Part shown: one piece after another, positions 51,498-61,568 of the stretch
Numbering within the stretch: the stretch's first letter is position 1
Layout: the number at the start of each line of letters is the position of its first letter
Made by a program: the position numbers and the translations under genes
Assembly: GCA_020846435.1 (NCBI GenBank)
Contig: JADLDY010000031.1
Coordinates: forward strand, 21,557 to 85,556
Length of the DNA: 64,000 nucleotides
Direction: 5' to 3'
From: Deltaproteobacteria bacterium
GTDB taxonomy: Bacteria > Desulfobacterota > GWC2-55-46
Notes under the pieces: model-generated
What the model saw: only the letters and a program-made list of their open reading frames with translations
What the model was told of the DNA's origin: nothing
The model's database searches: none

Positions 51498-52751
51498 TTA
51501 AAAGTTCATGTTTCTTAAAAAATCCCGTTCAAAATGCGCGCTGCCTGAAAGCGGGACATAACGGGCCTCCGCAGCAATTGTCCCGGCCTCTTTTTTTCCG
51601 TTGTCGTAGAGGGCCATTACAGCGCCTTCGAGGGCCGCGTCTCCGACTGTGCGTATGTCGGTCCAGGCGTCGTCAAGGAGGCCTATCGTCCTCAGGCCGT
51701 CCTCTTTCAAATGGCTGCCAAAGGCCCCGGCAATGTAGACCGTCTCGACCTCTTCAGGCCTGATCCCGGCCTTCATGAGCAGCATCGATATTCCGGCCCT
51801 TGTCGCCGACTTGGCTGTCTGGAGCGCGCGTATGTCAGACTGCGCGAGGGATATCTCCTTTTTCGGCCCCCTGTAAAGCGTGAAGGAGTTGCCCGCAGGG
51901 CTCTCCTTTATCCTCGAAGAGAGGTTGCTCGCGACCTCGTCCTTGTCCCTTATCCTGCCGGTCCGGTCGATGACCCCGGCCTTGAGAAGCATTGATACGG
52001 CTTCTATCAGCCCGGAGCCGCAGATGCCTTTCGGGGCAACGCCGCCTATTACGTCGAGGCTCACACTGTCGTCTTCTATGGTTACGCCCTGGATGGCCCC
52101 CAAGGCTGCCGTCATGCCGTATTCGACCTCTCCGCCCTCGAAGGCCGGGCCTGCCGCGGCAGATGTCGCGTAAAGCACACCGCCCGAGGACAGGAGTATC
52201 TCGCTGTTTGTGCCGATGTCTATCGCGAGGACCGGCCGTCCCTTGCCCGGCATGCCGAGCGAGAGGGCCGCGGCCACCGCGTCCCCTCCGACAAAGCCCC
52301 CGATGAGCGGGAAGAGATACATCCCGCAGCCAGCAAGGAGCCCCGCGTCAGAGGCCGCTATTGTCACGGCCTCCCTGAACGCTGGCTTGTACGGCACTTT
52401 TGAGAGCGGTTCTGGCGAGATGCCAAGGAACAGGTGCTCCATGACGCTGTTCCCGGCCGCCGCAAGCGCCGTGACCTCGCCTATCCTGCCGCCCGCCACT
52501 GAGGCGAGAAGGCCTGAGAGAGCCTCTCTTATGGCGGCCGTAAGTTCGCCAAGGGCCCCATCGGGGCCAACTGCCGCTTCCATGCGGGCGATTACGTCGC
52601 GCCCCCATCTTGACTGCGGGTTAGGCAGGCTTTCGGTCGAGAGGACGGCTCTGTTCTCGAGGTCCACGAGGGCGCACACGAGCGTCGTCGTCCCGATGTC
52701 GAACGCTGCGCCAAGGCCAGAGCCCTTCTTTTTTTCAAGGGTTTCCCGCAA
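51498..52751 (-). CDS. ASKHA-fold ATPase domain protein (two phosphate motifs FDIGTTT / IDIGTNSE); possibly RACo C-terminal-like (DUF4445)
   Basis: Two actin-like ATPase halves with D-I-G-T motifs; no N-terminal ferredoxin domain. Family assignment is from memory of motif patterns only. Confidence 0.5.
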   Translation of the reverse strand: MRETLEKKKGSGLGAAFDIGTTTLVCALVDLENRAVLSTESLPNPQSRWGRDVIARMEAAVGPDGALGELTAAIREALSGLLASVAGGRIGEVTALAAAGNSVMEHLFLGISPEPLSKVPYKPAFREAVTIAASDAGLLAGCGMYLFPLIGGFVGGDAVAAALSLGMPGKGRPVLAIDIGTNSEILLSSGGVLYATSAAAGPAFEGGEVEYGMTAALGAIQGVTIEDDSVSLDVIGGVAPKGICGSGLIEAVSMLLKAGVIDRTGRIRDKDEVASNLSSRIKESPAGNSFTLYRGPKKEISLAQSDIRALQTAKSATRAGISMLLMKAGIRPEEVETVYIAGAFGSHLKEDGLRTIGLLDDAWTDIRTVGDAALEGAVMALYDNGKKEAGTIAAEARYVPLSGSAHFERDFLRNMNF

Positions 52752-52858
52752 GGGTTCCTAAGAGGCTTTCCGGCCGCGAAAAACAGGCCCTCAGGCCCTG
52801 GGGCCTGAGGAGTATATTTTTATCTTTTTTTGAGGTTTAAATCAAGGTTTTCCGAGCG

Positions 52859-54397
52859 TCAGAAGGAAAGAGGCGGCGCGCTGGAGATGAGGTACTTCAA
52901 GTCCTCGTCCTGGAACTGGAGCCCGAGGCCTATGTAGGCCGAGCGCAGGCCGACCTTGCTTATGAAGTCGTCGTAGCCGGCGGTGAGGAAGAAGAACTTG
53001 CCGAGGTTCCATGAGGCGCCCGCCTTGAGGTGCGGGTTGCCCTCTGCCCCGAAGTCAAAGGCCTCGAGCGTCCACTTGAGCCTGTCACTGAACATGTAGT
53101 AGTCGGCTCCGGCGCCTCCGGTCGACTCGATGATGCCGCCCCTTACTACGAGGTTTTTAAGCCTCTTGGCTATCTGCGCGGAGAACTTTATCTGCTCGGT
53201 CGTCTTGACCTCCTCGGTGTTCGAGACGACCCCGTCGGTCGTTACTGTCCGTCTCTCGACCGACCTCTTGCCCCTCGGGTCGTCTACTATCTCGAGGAGG
53301 TAGTACTTGTCGGATTTGGGCTGTATGCGCAGCGTCAGGTAGCTTTTGGTATCCCTGGCGTCGAAGAGGTACTCGCCGCGGTAGCCGATGAAGGTGTGGA
53401 AGTTCTCGGTGCGCTCTATGTAGCTGTTTATGCCGGCGACGGTCTTGTTTATGTTCTCGTGCAGGCTCTTGTCGTTCACGAGCTTGCCGATAGTGCCTTC
53501 CCCGTCGTCGATCTTTTTCGCTATGCTGCTGACCGAGTTCATGGTGTTGGTGACCCCGGGCCCGACTTCACTGGTCACCTTGTTGACGGTCTCCATGGCC
53601 TGCTGGAGGCTCAAGGACGCGGTCCTGAGGTTGTCGATGCCTTCCTTGAGGTTGCCCCTGTTCTCGTCGATCATGCCGTTGAGGTTGCCGGTCGTCTTGA
53701 CGAGAGATTCGTTGAGGTTCTGTATTGCCGTGCGGAGGCCGCCGGTTATGGCCGGGCCTTCCTCGTTGAGGAGCGTGGTGAACGAGTCGAGGTTTCGCAT
53801 GACGCTCTCGAACTGCTCGTCGTTCTTGGCGACTATCCTGTTCAGGCGGCTGGTGAGCTCTTCGATGTTGCGGACGATGTTGCCGACTGTCTGCTCTCCG
53901 TCGTCGCCGCCAAGGACGGTGCTGAGCGATTCGGTGATCTCCTTGACGTCGTCGGCGACCCCGGTCAGGGTGCGAATGAGCCTGTCGATGTCGGCATAGC
54001 TCCTCGTGCGCGTGATCGTTTCGCCTTCGTTAAGAGGAGGAGCGCCGGGCTGCCCAGGGACGAGCTCGAGGTACTTCTCGCCAAGGAGTCCCTTGGTCGT
54101 GAGCACGGCCGTGAAGTCCTTGCCTATCTTGATGCCGGGCTGTATGAGCAGCTCGAGGTGAGCCTTCGAGTCCTTGAGCGTGATGGTCTTGATCCTGCCG
54201 ACTTCGACTCCGGCGACCCGCACCGAGGCGTTGGGGTCGAGGCCCGCGGCCGAGTCGAACTCGACGAACAGGGGATAGCCCTTCTCCTTGCCGATGTTTA
54301 TGCCGCCGAGCCTCATCGACATGTAGACAAGGAGCGCTATCCCGAGGAGGACGAAGAGTCCGACCTTGGCTTCTGAACTCAGTTTTGGTAAAGCCAT
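52859..54397 (-). CDS. mlaD: MlaD/MCE-domain protein with long C-terminal extension
   Basis: N-terminal TM plus MCE domain (VRVAGVEVGRI), about 350 aa extension with coiled-coil then beta-rich tail. Confidence 0.75.
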   Translation of the reverse strand: MALPKLSSEAKVGLFVLLGIALLVYMSMRLGGINIGKEKGYPLFVEFDSAAGLDPNASVRVAGVEVGRIKTITLKDSKAHLELLIQPGIKIGKDFTAVLTTKGLLGEKYLELVPGQPGAPPLNEGETITRTRSYADIDRLIRTLTGVADDVKEITESLSTVLGGDDGEQTVGNIVRNIEELTSRLNRIVAKNDEQFESVMRNLDSFTTLLNEEGPAITGGLRTAIQNLNESLVKTTGNLNGMIDENRGNLKEGIDNLRTASLSLQQAMETVNKVTSEVGPGVTNTMNSVSSIAKKIDDGEGTIGKLVNDKSLHENINKTVAGINSYIERTENFHTFIGYRGEYLFDARDTKSYLTLRIQPKSDKYYLLEIVDDPRGKRSVERRTVTTDGVVSNTEEVKTTEQIKFSAQIAKRLKNLVVRGGIIESTGGAGADYYMFSDRLKWTLEAFDFGAEGNPHLKAGASWNLGKFFFLTAGYDDFISKVGLRSAYIGLGLQFQDEDLKYLISSAPPLSF

Positions 54398-54476
54398 AAT
54401 GGTATGTCCCTGCCGGAAAGTGTAGTCGAAGAACTCCGGCTTTCACATGACAAATATCGTAAATCCCTGGCGGCCG

Positions 54477-55238
54477 TCAATATACCTTTATCGGCCCTTC
54501 GGCCCGCCCCTCCAGAAACTGCCTTACTACGGGGTTCTGGTTCTTTTTCATCTCGTCGATAGTGCCCTGTTCTATTATCCTGCCTTCATGGAGCATGGCT
54601 ATCTTGTCGGCTATCTTGTAGGTAAAGGGTATGTCATGGGTGATGAGTATGTAAGTCGTCTTAAGGCTCCGTTGAGTGTCCAGGACGAGGTCCGCGATTG
54701 AGTCCGACATGATTGGGTCGAGCCCGGTCGTCGGTTCGTCGAAGAGGACTATCTCCGGGTCCATTACAATGGCCCTGGCGAGCCCCACCCTTTTTTTCAT
54801 TCCGCCGGAGAGCTCGGAAGGCATCATGTCCTCTACGCCTACGAGCCCGACCCTCTTGAGCTTCTCGCTCACGACCTTCATTATGTCCGCGTCGGCGAGG
54901 TCAGTGTGTTCTTTGAGCGGGAAGCCGACGTTGCCCCCGACGGTCATCGAGTCGAACAGGGCCGCGCCCTGGAAGAGCATGCCGAAGCGCTTCCTGACCT
55001 CGTTGAAGTCGCGCTCGCTCATGGAGCTTATCTCCTGGCCGTCGAGTAATATGCGCCCCTCGTCAGGCCGCAGGAGCCCTATTATGTGCTTGAGGAGTAC
55101 GCTCTTGCCCTCGCCGCTGCGCCCCAGGATGACGGTTATCTTCCCTTTTTCGATCTCGAGGTTGACCCCGTCGAGCACCTGCTTGCGGCCGAAGGCCTTC
55201 TTCAGACCTGAAATTTTTATCATACCCATGGCGGACAA
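54477..55238 (-). CDS. mlaF: ABC transporter ATP-binding protein MlaF
   Basis: GRSGEGKS Walker A, LSGGMKKR signature, adjacent to mlaE/mlaD. Confidence 0.85.
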   Translation of the reverse strand: MSAMGMIKISGLKKAFGRKQVLDGVNLEIEKGKITVILGRSGEGKSVLLKHIIGLLRPDEGRILLDGQEISSMSERDFNEVRKRFGMLFQGAALFDSMTVGGNVGFPLKEHTDLADADIMKVVSEKLKRVGLVGVEDMMPSELSGGMKKRVGLARAIVMDPEIVLFDEPTTGLDPIMSDSIADLVLDTQRSLKTTYILITHDIPFTYKIADKIAMLHEGRIIEQGTIDEMKKNQNPVVRQFLEGRAEGPIKVY

Positions 55239-55245
55239 TCAACCT

Positions 55246-56019
55246 TCATACCATGAAAGAGCTCATGAGGTAGTCTGAGACTAGTATCATGACGCTCGCC
55301 ATGACGACCGAGCTGGTCGCGGCCTTGCCGACCCCTTCGGCTCCTCCAGATGCGTAAAACCCGTTGAAGCACGCGACAAGCGCGGTTATGAGCCCGAAGA
55401 CGGTAGCCTTGTATAATCCGGCGAATATGTCGTCTATCTGCACGAAGTCTATTGTCCTGCCTATGTACACGCCGGAGTTTATGCCGAGGAGTTTTACGCC
55501 AACGAGGTAGCCGCCGACGACCCCGACAAAGTCGGTGATGATCGCCAGCAGCGGGAACATGAGGACCCCGGCTATGACCCTCGGGACGACCAGGTACTTC
55601 ACCGGGTTCACCGCCATGGTGACCATGGCGTCTATCTGCTCGGTGACGCGCATGGTGCCGAGCTCGGTCGCCATGGCGCTTCCGGCCCTGCCGGTTACCA
55701 TGAGGCCCGCGAGCACCGGGCCGAGCTCCCTGGCCATGCTGAGCGCTACCGTCGGGCCGACGAGGCTTTCCGCGCCGAACCTTTTCAATGCGTTGAAGCT
55801 CTGGAGCGCGAGGACCATGCCCGTGAACGCGCCGGTGAGGATGACGACAAAGAGGCTCTGGACGCCGACGAACTCCATCTGCTTGAATATGTTACGGAAC
55901 TTCACAGGCGGGGTGAAGGCGAGGACCACCGTCTGGAAGAGCATCAGGGATATGAGCCCGGCCGTGTCGACGAACTCGCCGGCCGAGCGTCCAAGTTTTT
56001 CGAGGTAGCCTTTTAGCAT
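55246..56019 (-). CDS. mlaE: ABC transporter permease MlaE
   Basis: MlaE/YrbE permease pattern, 5-6 TM. Confidence 0.85.
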   Translation of the reverse strand: MLKGYLEKLGRSAGEFVDTAGLISLMLFQTVVLAFTPPVKFRNIFKQMEFVGVQSLFVVILTGAFTGMVLALQSFNALKRFGAESLVGPTVALSMARELGPVLAGLMVTGRAGSAMATELGTMRVTEQIDAMVTMAVNPVKYLVVPRVIAGVLMFPLLAIITDFVGVVGGYLVGVKLLGINSGVYIGRTIDFVQIDDIFAGLYKATVFGLITALVACFNGFYASGGAEGVGKAATSSVVMASVMILVSDYLMSSFMV

Positions 56020-57167
56020 CTTGTATAGATCCTCGGGACCCGTCCGGATATGCGGCAGAATATCTCGTAGCTTATGGTGCCTGCCTTTTCAGCGATCTCT
56101 TCGGCCGTGATGGTCTCATTGCCCTGTGTTCCGATGAGGACTGCCTCGTCGCCCTGTCTTACTCCAGGTATGCCGGTCACGTCGAGCATCAGGAGGTCCA
56201 TGCATACCGTGCCCGCATACGGCGCGCGCATGCCTCCAACGAGTGCTTCCCCTGTGTTGCCGAGACTCCTTGGCACGCCGTCGGCGTAGCCTATTGGGAG
56301 GGTTGCTATGACGCTCGGCTTCTTTGCAGTAAATCTTCTCGAGTAGCTTACCGTGAACCCGGCCGGGACTTCCTTGAGGTGTAGTATCCTTGTCTTGAGC
56401 GTCATGACCGGCTTGAGCAACACCTTCGCCCTGAGGCGCGCGTCCGGGTATGACCCGTAGAGCATTATGCCCGGGCGCGCCATGTCGAGCCTTGAGGGCG
56501 CGAAGTCAACGAGAGCCGCGCTGTTCGCCGTCTCCAGGGAGCCCGGGTCTGCGCCGGCGTTTTTTATCGCCTCGGCTGTCCTGTGGAAGGCCGAGAGCTG
56601 TTCCCGTGAGAACTTTTTATCAGCAGACTCGGATTCAGCGAAGTGTGTGATGAGAGATTCGACCCTCAAGTTCCCGAGCCCCTTCAATTCGTTGAAGAAC
56701 AATGTAGCGTCCGCTGGCTGTATGCCGAGCCTGCCCATGCCGGTGTCGACCTTGACATGGATGTTGAGCGTCATGCCGCGGCCTTTGGCCGCCCTGTCAA
56801 GGGCCTTTGCTGCCGTCATGTCAAAGACGACCGGGGTAAGGCCGAGCTCGACTATGTCAGGGGCCTGATCTGCGAATATGCCGCCGAGGACGGCTATCGG
56901 CCCGGTTATCCCCGCGCCCCTGAGCTCGGCGCCCTCTTCAGGGATGGCCACGCCGAAAAAGGGGCACCCCAGGGCTTCCAGTCTTTTCGCTACCTCGACA
57001 GCGCCGTGCCCGTAGGCATTGGCCTTGACTACCGCCATCAGGGCTGTTTCAGGCGCTACCCCGCGGAGCTCAAGGTAGTTATGCTCAAGCGCCCTTAAAT
57101 CGATGTGGGCTTCGGTCGGCCTTTTGTGCAAAACGCGCTGCTCCGGTCGTAAGAAAAAAGCGGTCAA
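56013..57167 (-). CDS. alr: Alanine racemase
   Basis: PLP lysine motif VVKANAYGHG; C-terminal catalytic region. The TTG start at 57131 (MHKRPTEAHIDL) may be the true start. Confidence 0.85.
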   Translation of the reverse strand: MTAFFLRPEQRVLHKRPTEAHIDLRALEHNYLELRGVAPETALMAVVKANAYGHGAVEVAKRLEALGCPFFGVAIPEEGAELRGAGITGPIAVLGGIFADQAPDIVELGLTPVVFDMTAAKALDRAAKGRGMTLNIHVKVDTGMGRLGIQPADATLFFNELKGLGNLRVESLITHFAESESADKKFSREQLSAFHRTAEAIKNAGADPGSLETANSAALVDFAPSRLDMARPGIMLYGSYPDARLRAKVLLKPVMTLKTRILHLKEVPAGFTVSYSRRFTAKKPSVIATLPIGYADGVPRSLGNTGEALVGGMRAPYAGTVCMDLLMLDVTGIPGVRQGDEAVLIGTQGNETITAEEIAEKAGTISYEIFCRISGRVPRIYTRC

Positions 57168-57476
57168 ATCAACTATTTTATAGCATTAATGGTGGGCTGT
57201 GTGAAGCGAAAAACAGAATTGTGAGCAACTGCTCACCTCCGGCGCGCGTCCCTGTCTGAAGACTATACCACAAACGCGTTTTTTTGGACATCCGTGGCGG
57301 GTTACGGTTTTGCTTTAGAATGCTGAAAAAGCCTTCCCTGGACTTTTTCAGCCACGGCTTGCCCGAAGTGAATTCGTGCAAGCCTTGCAAATTGCTCGCC
57401 TTTTGAGTCTCGCAATTTGGCAATACATCCTGTATTGCTTGGAAGGTTGCGTTTTCGCAACCTTCTAATTCCCCCT

Positions 57477-57504
57477 TTAACAAGGGGGAATGATAATGTA
57501 TAAT
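57477..57504 (+). promoter_or_regulatory. Candidate sigma70-like promoter (TTAACA-16-TATAAT) upstream of the sugar-modification operon
   Basis: -35 TTAACA at 57477, -10 TATAAT at 57499; a ccccctttaacaaggggg hairpin overlaps the -35. Confidence 0.35.
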
Positions 57505-57635
57505 GCTCAAGGTCGGTTCCGGCCCTGACCCGTTGTTTTTTTTGGATAAAGTAGCAAGGCTGTTCTCCCGATAATATGTGTTGTGTCAAAAGCCCCACGG
57601 CAGGAAAATCGGGGCTGACGGAGGCGCGCGAACCG

Positions 57636-58646
57636 ATGTTGAAAATCGCCATAATCGGATACGGCTACTGGGGTCCGAACCTTTTGAGGAACTTCTCTCT
57701 CGTCGACGGCTGCGAGGTTGCGGCCGTCGTTGACAGGAGAGAGGAGAGGCTCAGGGCCGTAAAGCGCCTCTACCCAGCGGTCGACGTCTACACCTCGGCC
57801 GAGGAGGTCATGAAAGACCCGTCGATAGACGCTCTCGTCGTGGCTACCCCTGTGTTCTCCCATTACCCGCTGGCGTCAGAGGCCCTCTCAAAAGGCAAGC
57901 ACGTGCTCATAGAGAAGCCCATGACCACTTCGAGCGCGGACGCAACAGAGCTCATCGAGCTGGCGCAGAAAAAAGGGCGCGTCCTCATGGTCGACCACAC
58001 ATTCCTTTATACCGGCGCGGTAAAGAAGATAAAGGATATCGTCGACATGGGCGTCATCGGACGCCTCCAGTACTTCGACTCGGTCAGGATAAACCTGGGC
58101 CTTTTCAACCCCGAGGTCAATGTCGTCTGGGACCTCGCCCCGCACGACATCTCCATACTGCTGCACATAAACAACGAGATGCCCGAGAGCGTAATAGCGA
58201 CCGGCATATCCCACACGCACAACTCGATAGAGAACATCGCCTACATAACGCTCAACTACCAGTCGAACCTCATAGCCCATTTCCACTGCTCGTGGTCCTC
58301 TCCCGTGAAGATAAGGAAGATCCTCATCGGCGGGACGAACAAGATGATAATGTTCGACGACGTAGAGCCCACGGAAAAGCTCCGCGTGTACGACACGAGC
58401 TACAAGGTGAGCCCGGTATCGGATGAGGACAAGTACAACATCCTCGTCGACTACCGCCTCGGCGATATATTCCTGCCGAGGGTCAGCCAGGAGGAGGCCC
58501 TCTCAGGGGTGGCCAAAGACTTCATATCGGCCATATCAAAGGGCACGGAGCCGGTGTCCAACTGGAAGAACGGGCTCGGCGTGGTAAAGGTTCTGGAAGC
58601 GGCGCAGAAGTCAATAAAGTCGAGGGGCAGGGAAGTCAAAATTTGA
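57636..58646 (+). CDS. Gfo/Idh/MocA family NAD-dependent sugar oxidoreductase (WbpB-like)
   Basis: [11 protein letters not shown] Rossmann motif; ATG 57636 with GGAGG RBS; 4-bp overlap with the downstream aminotransferase. Confidence 0.8.
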   Translation: MLKIAIIGYGYWGPNLLRNFSLVDGCEVAAVVDRREERLRAVKRLYPAVDVYTSAEEVMKDPSIDALVVATPVFSHYPLASEALSKGKHVLIEKPMTTSSADATELIELAQKKGRVLMVDHTFLYTGAVKKIKDIVDMGVIGRLQYFDSVRINLGLFNPEVNVVWDLAPHDISILLHINNEMPESVIATGISHTHNSIENIAYITLNYQSNLIAHFHCSWSSPVKIRKILIGGTNKMIMFDDVEPTEKLRVYDTSYKVSPVSDEDKYNILVDYRLGDIFLPRVSQEEALSGVAKDFISAISKGTEPVSNWKNGLGVVKVLEAAQKSIKSRGREVKI

Positions 58647-59737
58647 AGATACCGTTTTTCGACCTTAAGAGGCAGCACGCAAGGCTTAAAAAAGAGATAA
58701 CAGAGGCGATCACCGTTGTCATGGACGACACCGCCTTCTCGGGCGGGCCGTACGCCGATGAGTTCGAGAAGAGCTTCGCCAAGTACTGCTCCACGCGCCA
58801 CGCCGTTGGAGTCGGCAGCGGCACCGACGCGCTGCACCTTGTAATGCGGGCCCTTGACATCGGCCCCGGAGACGAAGTCATACTGCCCGCCAATACCTTC
58901 ATAGCGACAGCCTGGGGCATATCCTACGTTGGCGCGAAGCCGGTTTTCGTCGACTGCGACCCTGACACATGGAACATTGACCCATCTAAAATCGAAGCGA
59001 AGATAACCGAGAGGACAAAGGCGATAATCGGGGTGCACCTCTACGGCCAGCCCTTTGACATCGACGCTGTACAGGCCATAGCGCAAAAACACCTTTTAAA
59101 GCTTGTCGAGGACTGCGCGCAGGCCCAGGGCGCTCTGTACAACGGCAGGAAGGTCGGCGGCTTTGGAGTGGCCGGATGTTTCAGCTTCTATCCGGGCAAG
59201 AACCTCGGGGCATACGGCGAAGCCGGGGGCGTCGTCACGAACGACCCGTCTATCGACGCCCGCTTGAGGGCGCTCAGGAACCACGGCTCGACAGCGAAGT
59301 ACTACCACGACGAGCTCGGATTTAACATGAGGCTCGACGGCATTCAGGCCGCGGTCTTATCGGTCAAGCTCAGGTATCTCGACGAGTGGAACGCGAGGCG
59401 CCGCGCTATCGCCCGCATGTACCTCGAAGGCATAAGAAATAAGAAGATAAGGACGCAGAAACCAGAGCCCGGAGCTGAGTCTGTCTATCACCTCTTCGTC
59501 GTGGCCACAAAGGACAGGGACGGGCTTAAAAAGCACCTTGAGGCCAACGATGTCTGGCCGGGCATACACTACCCGGTTCCTTGCCATCTGCAGAAGGCCT
59601 ACAGCCACCTCGGATACAAGAAAGGGGACTTCCCTCAGTCGGAAGCCCTGGCCGATGGATGCCTCTCTCTCCCCATGTTCCCTGAGCTTACCGACGAAGA
59701 GGCGTTAAGGGTAATAGAAGTGATAAACCGTTATTGA
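58643..59737 (+). CDS. DegT/DnrJ/EryC1/StrS family PLP-dependent sugar aminotransferase (WbpE-like)
   Basis: Conserved DegT pattern including the PLP lysine region ([16 protein letters not shown]). Confidence 0.85.
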   Translation: MKIPFFDLKRQHARLKKEITEAITVVMDDTAFSGGPYADEFEKSFAKYCSTRHAVGVGSGTDALHLVMRALDIGPGDEVILPANTFIATAWGISYVGAKPVFVDCDPDTWNIDPSKIEAKITERTKAIIGVHLYGQPFDIDAVQAIAQKHLLKLVEDCAQAQGALYNGRKVGGFGVAGCFSFYPGKNLGAYGEAGGVVTNDPSIDARLRALRNHGSTAKYYHDELGFNMRLDGIQAAVLSVKLRYLDEWNARRRAIARMYLEGIRNKKIRTQKPEPGAESVYHLFVVATKDRDGLKKHLEANDVWPGIHYPVPCHLQKAYSHLGYKKGDFPQSEALADGCLSLPMFPELTDEEALRVIEVINRY

Positions 59738-59744
59738 GGCCAGC

Positions 59745-60470
59745 ATGAGCGAACAGGAAAAAAATATGCTCGAGGAGAACTCGAGCCTTTATCTCGCGCC
59801 AGACCCTGGCAGGGTGGTCGACCAGAAGGTCTCGAAATATATGGTCGAAAAGATGTTCGGACGCCTCAAGGGCCCAAAGATCCTCGAGATGGGCTTTGGC
59901 GACAACTACTGGACAGCCCATATCATTGAGAAGTTCGGGCAGGCCTACATTGTCGACGCTTCCGAGAGCCTCCTCGAGAAGGCAAAAGAGATATACGGCA
60001 GCAAGGTCACGACCTTCGTCTCGCTCTTTGAGACCTTCGAGGCAAAAGAGAAGTTCGACACGGTTCTGGCGACCTTTGTCCTCGACCATGTCGCAGACCA
60101 CATGGCCGTCCTGAAGCAGGCCCGCACCTGGCTTGCCGAAGACGGAGTCCTCATAATCATGGTGCCGCACGCTCTCTCCCTGCACAGGCGGCTCGCCGTG
60201 TGCATGGGCATGCAGAAGGAAGAGACCGACCTCGGCGAGACAGACCTGCAGCTTGTCCACAGGAGAGTCTTCACGATAGAGCGTCTTGAAAAAGACCTCT
60301 CAAGCCTCGGCTACAGGGTCGTCAGAAAGGGCGGCATGCTCTCAAAGGCGCTCCCCCAGGGCATGATGACGGAGTACAGCGACGAGATACTCAAGGGGCT
60401 CGTCGAGCTAGGCTCGGTACTGCCGATGGAGTACGCGGCGGTGCTTGTCTATGAATGCGCAAAAGCCTGA
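59745..60470 (+). CDS. Class I SAM-dependent methyltransferase
   Basis: ILEMGFGDNY motif I, 241 aa. Confidence 0.7.
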   Translation: MSEQEKNMLEENSSLYLAPDPGRVVDQKVSKYMVEKMFGRLKGPKILEMGFGDNYWTAHIIEKFGQAYIVDASESLLEKAKEIYGSKVTTFVSLFETFEAKEKFDTVLATFVLDHVADHMAVLKQARTWLAEDGVLIIMVPHALSLHRRLAVCMGMQKEETDLGETDLQLVHRRVFTIERLEKDLSSLGYRVVRKGGMLSKALPQGMMTEYSDEILKGLVELGSVLPMEYAAVLVYECAKA

Positions 60471-60591
60471 CAGGCGGCTGAAAACCCATAGCGAGCGAAT
60501 CCCCGCAGCTAAAGCTGCGGGGTAAGCGAGCGAATAGAAAATCGAAACTTCCTTAGGTTTCGAAGCTCTCCTCGCTTGCCGAGGGAAGCTT

Positions 60592-60712
60592 CAAAAAGGC
60601 CCATCTGCATCGTTGTCAGCGTCACTCGTAACTGCGGCGTACAAGAAGAGTACGCCTCGTTTCTCGCTCCTTGACGCCTTGCATCTGGACCTTTTTGAGC
60701 CGCCTGTAAAAA
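60592..60712. repeat. Intergenic repeat family B (copy R3)
   Basis: aaaaaggcccatctgcatcgttgtcagcgtc...gcggcgtacaagaagagtacgcctcg...ctccttgacgccttgcatctggacctttttgagc. Confidence 0.5.
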
Positions 60713-60742
60713 AAACTAACCTGTCAGTCCAGGGACGGATTA

Positions 60743-61429
60743 ATGATAAAAGATTCGATACAGGTGGTGGCCCTCGCTTACAATGAGGAGGACACGATAG
60801 GTGAGGTCCTCAAGAGGACCCATGAAGTGCTCAGCAGGAACTGCGAGAGGTTCGAGGTCGTCGCCTTTGACGACGGCTCGACCGACCGCACCTCCGACAT
60901 TTGCGACGAGTTCGCCTCTAACCACCCGCACACGAAGGTCATCCGCAACAAAGAGAATAAGGGGATAGGATATCTCCTGCGTGAGACCTATTTGCGCGCC
61001 AGCTGCGAGTGGACCGTAATAGTCTGCTCTGACATGCAGTTCGACCCTTATGACCTCGAGAAGTTCTTTCCGTATCTCAAGGACAACGACATCATCATCT
61101 CCGCGAGGGCGAAGCGCCAGGACAGGGCCATAAGGAAGTACATCTCGTCAATCGACAAGCTCCTTTTGAAGCTCCTTTTTTCGGCTTCCTTTCAGGACCT
61201 CCACTGGATAAAGTTCGTGCGCAAAAACTTCCTCGATAAGGGGTCGATAACGGCCTCTTCCCCGTTCGTCGAGACCGAGATACTAATAAGGGCGAAAAAA
61301 AAAGGGGCGAGGATAAAAGAGTTTACAGTCCCGCATTATCCGAGGATGCACGGTGTGGCAAAGGGCGCGCGCCTCTCGAACATCATAAAGTCGGTGAGGG
61401 ACCTGGTCGTTCTTTTTTTCAAGATATGA
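60743..61429 (+). CDS. Family 2 glycosyltransferase (DPM1-like, short)
   Basis: GT-A N-terminus with DDGSTD (DxD-type) motif. Confidence 0.75.
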   Translation: MIKDSIQVVALAYNEEDTIGEVLKRTHEVLSRNCERFEVVAFDDGSTDRTSDICDEFASNHPHTKVIRNKENKGIGYLLRETYLRASCEWTVIVCSDMQFDPYDLEKFFPYLKDNDIIISARAKRQDRAIRKYISSIDKLLLKLLFSASFQDLHWIKFVRKNFLDKGSITASSPFVETEILIRAKKKGARIKEFTVPHYPRMHGVAKGARLSNIIKSVRDLVVLFFKI

Positions 61430-61440
61430 TCCACTGAGAT

Positions 61441-61568
61441 TAGACAGGTTGCCCAAAAGGTTCCAGATGCGAGGAGTCGAGGGGCGAGGAATGAGGCGTA
61501 CTTTGCTTGTACGCCGCTTTTGACGAGCTTTGAAGACGACAATGCAGATGGGGCTTTTGAGCGGCCTG
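61441..61568. repeat. Intergenic repeat family B (copy R4, inverted orientation)
   Basis: Reverse complement reads gctcaaaagccccatctgcattgtcgtcttcaaagctcgtcaaaagcggcgtacaagcaaagtacgcctcattcctcgcccctcgactcctcgcatctggaacctttt. Confidence 0.5.
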
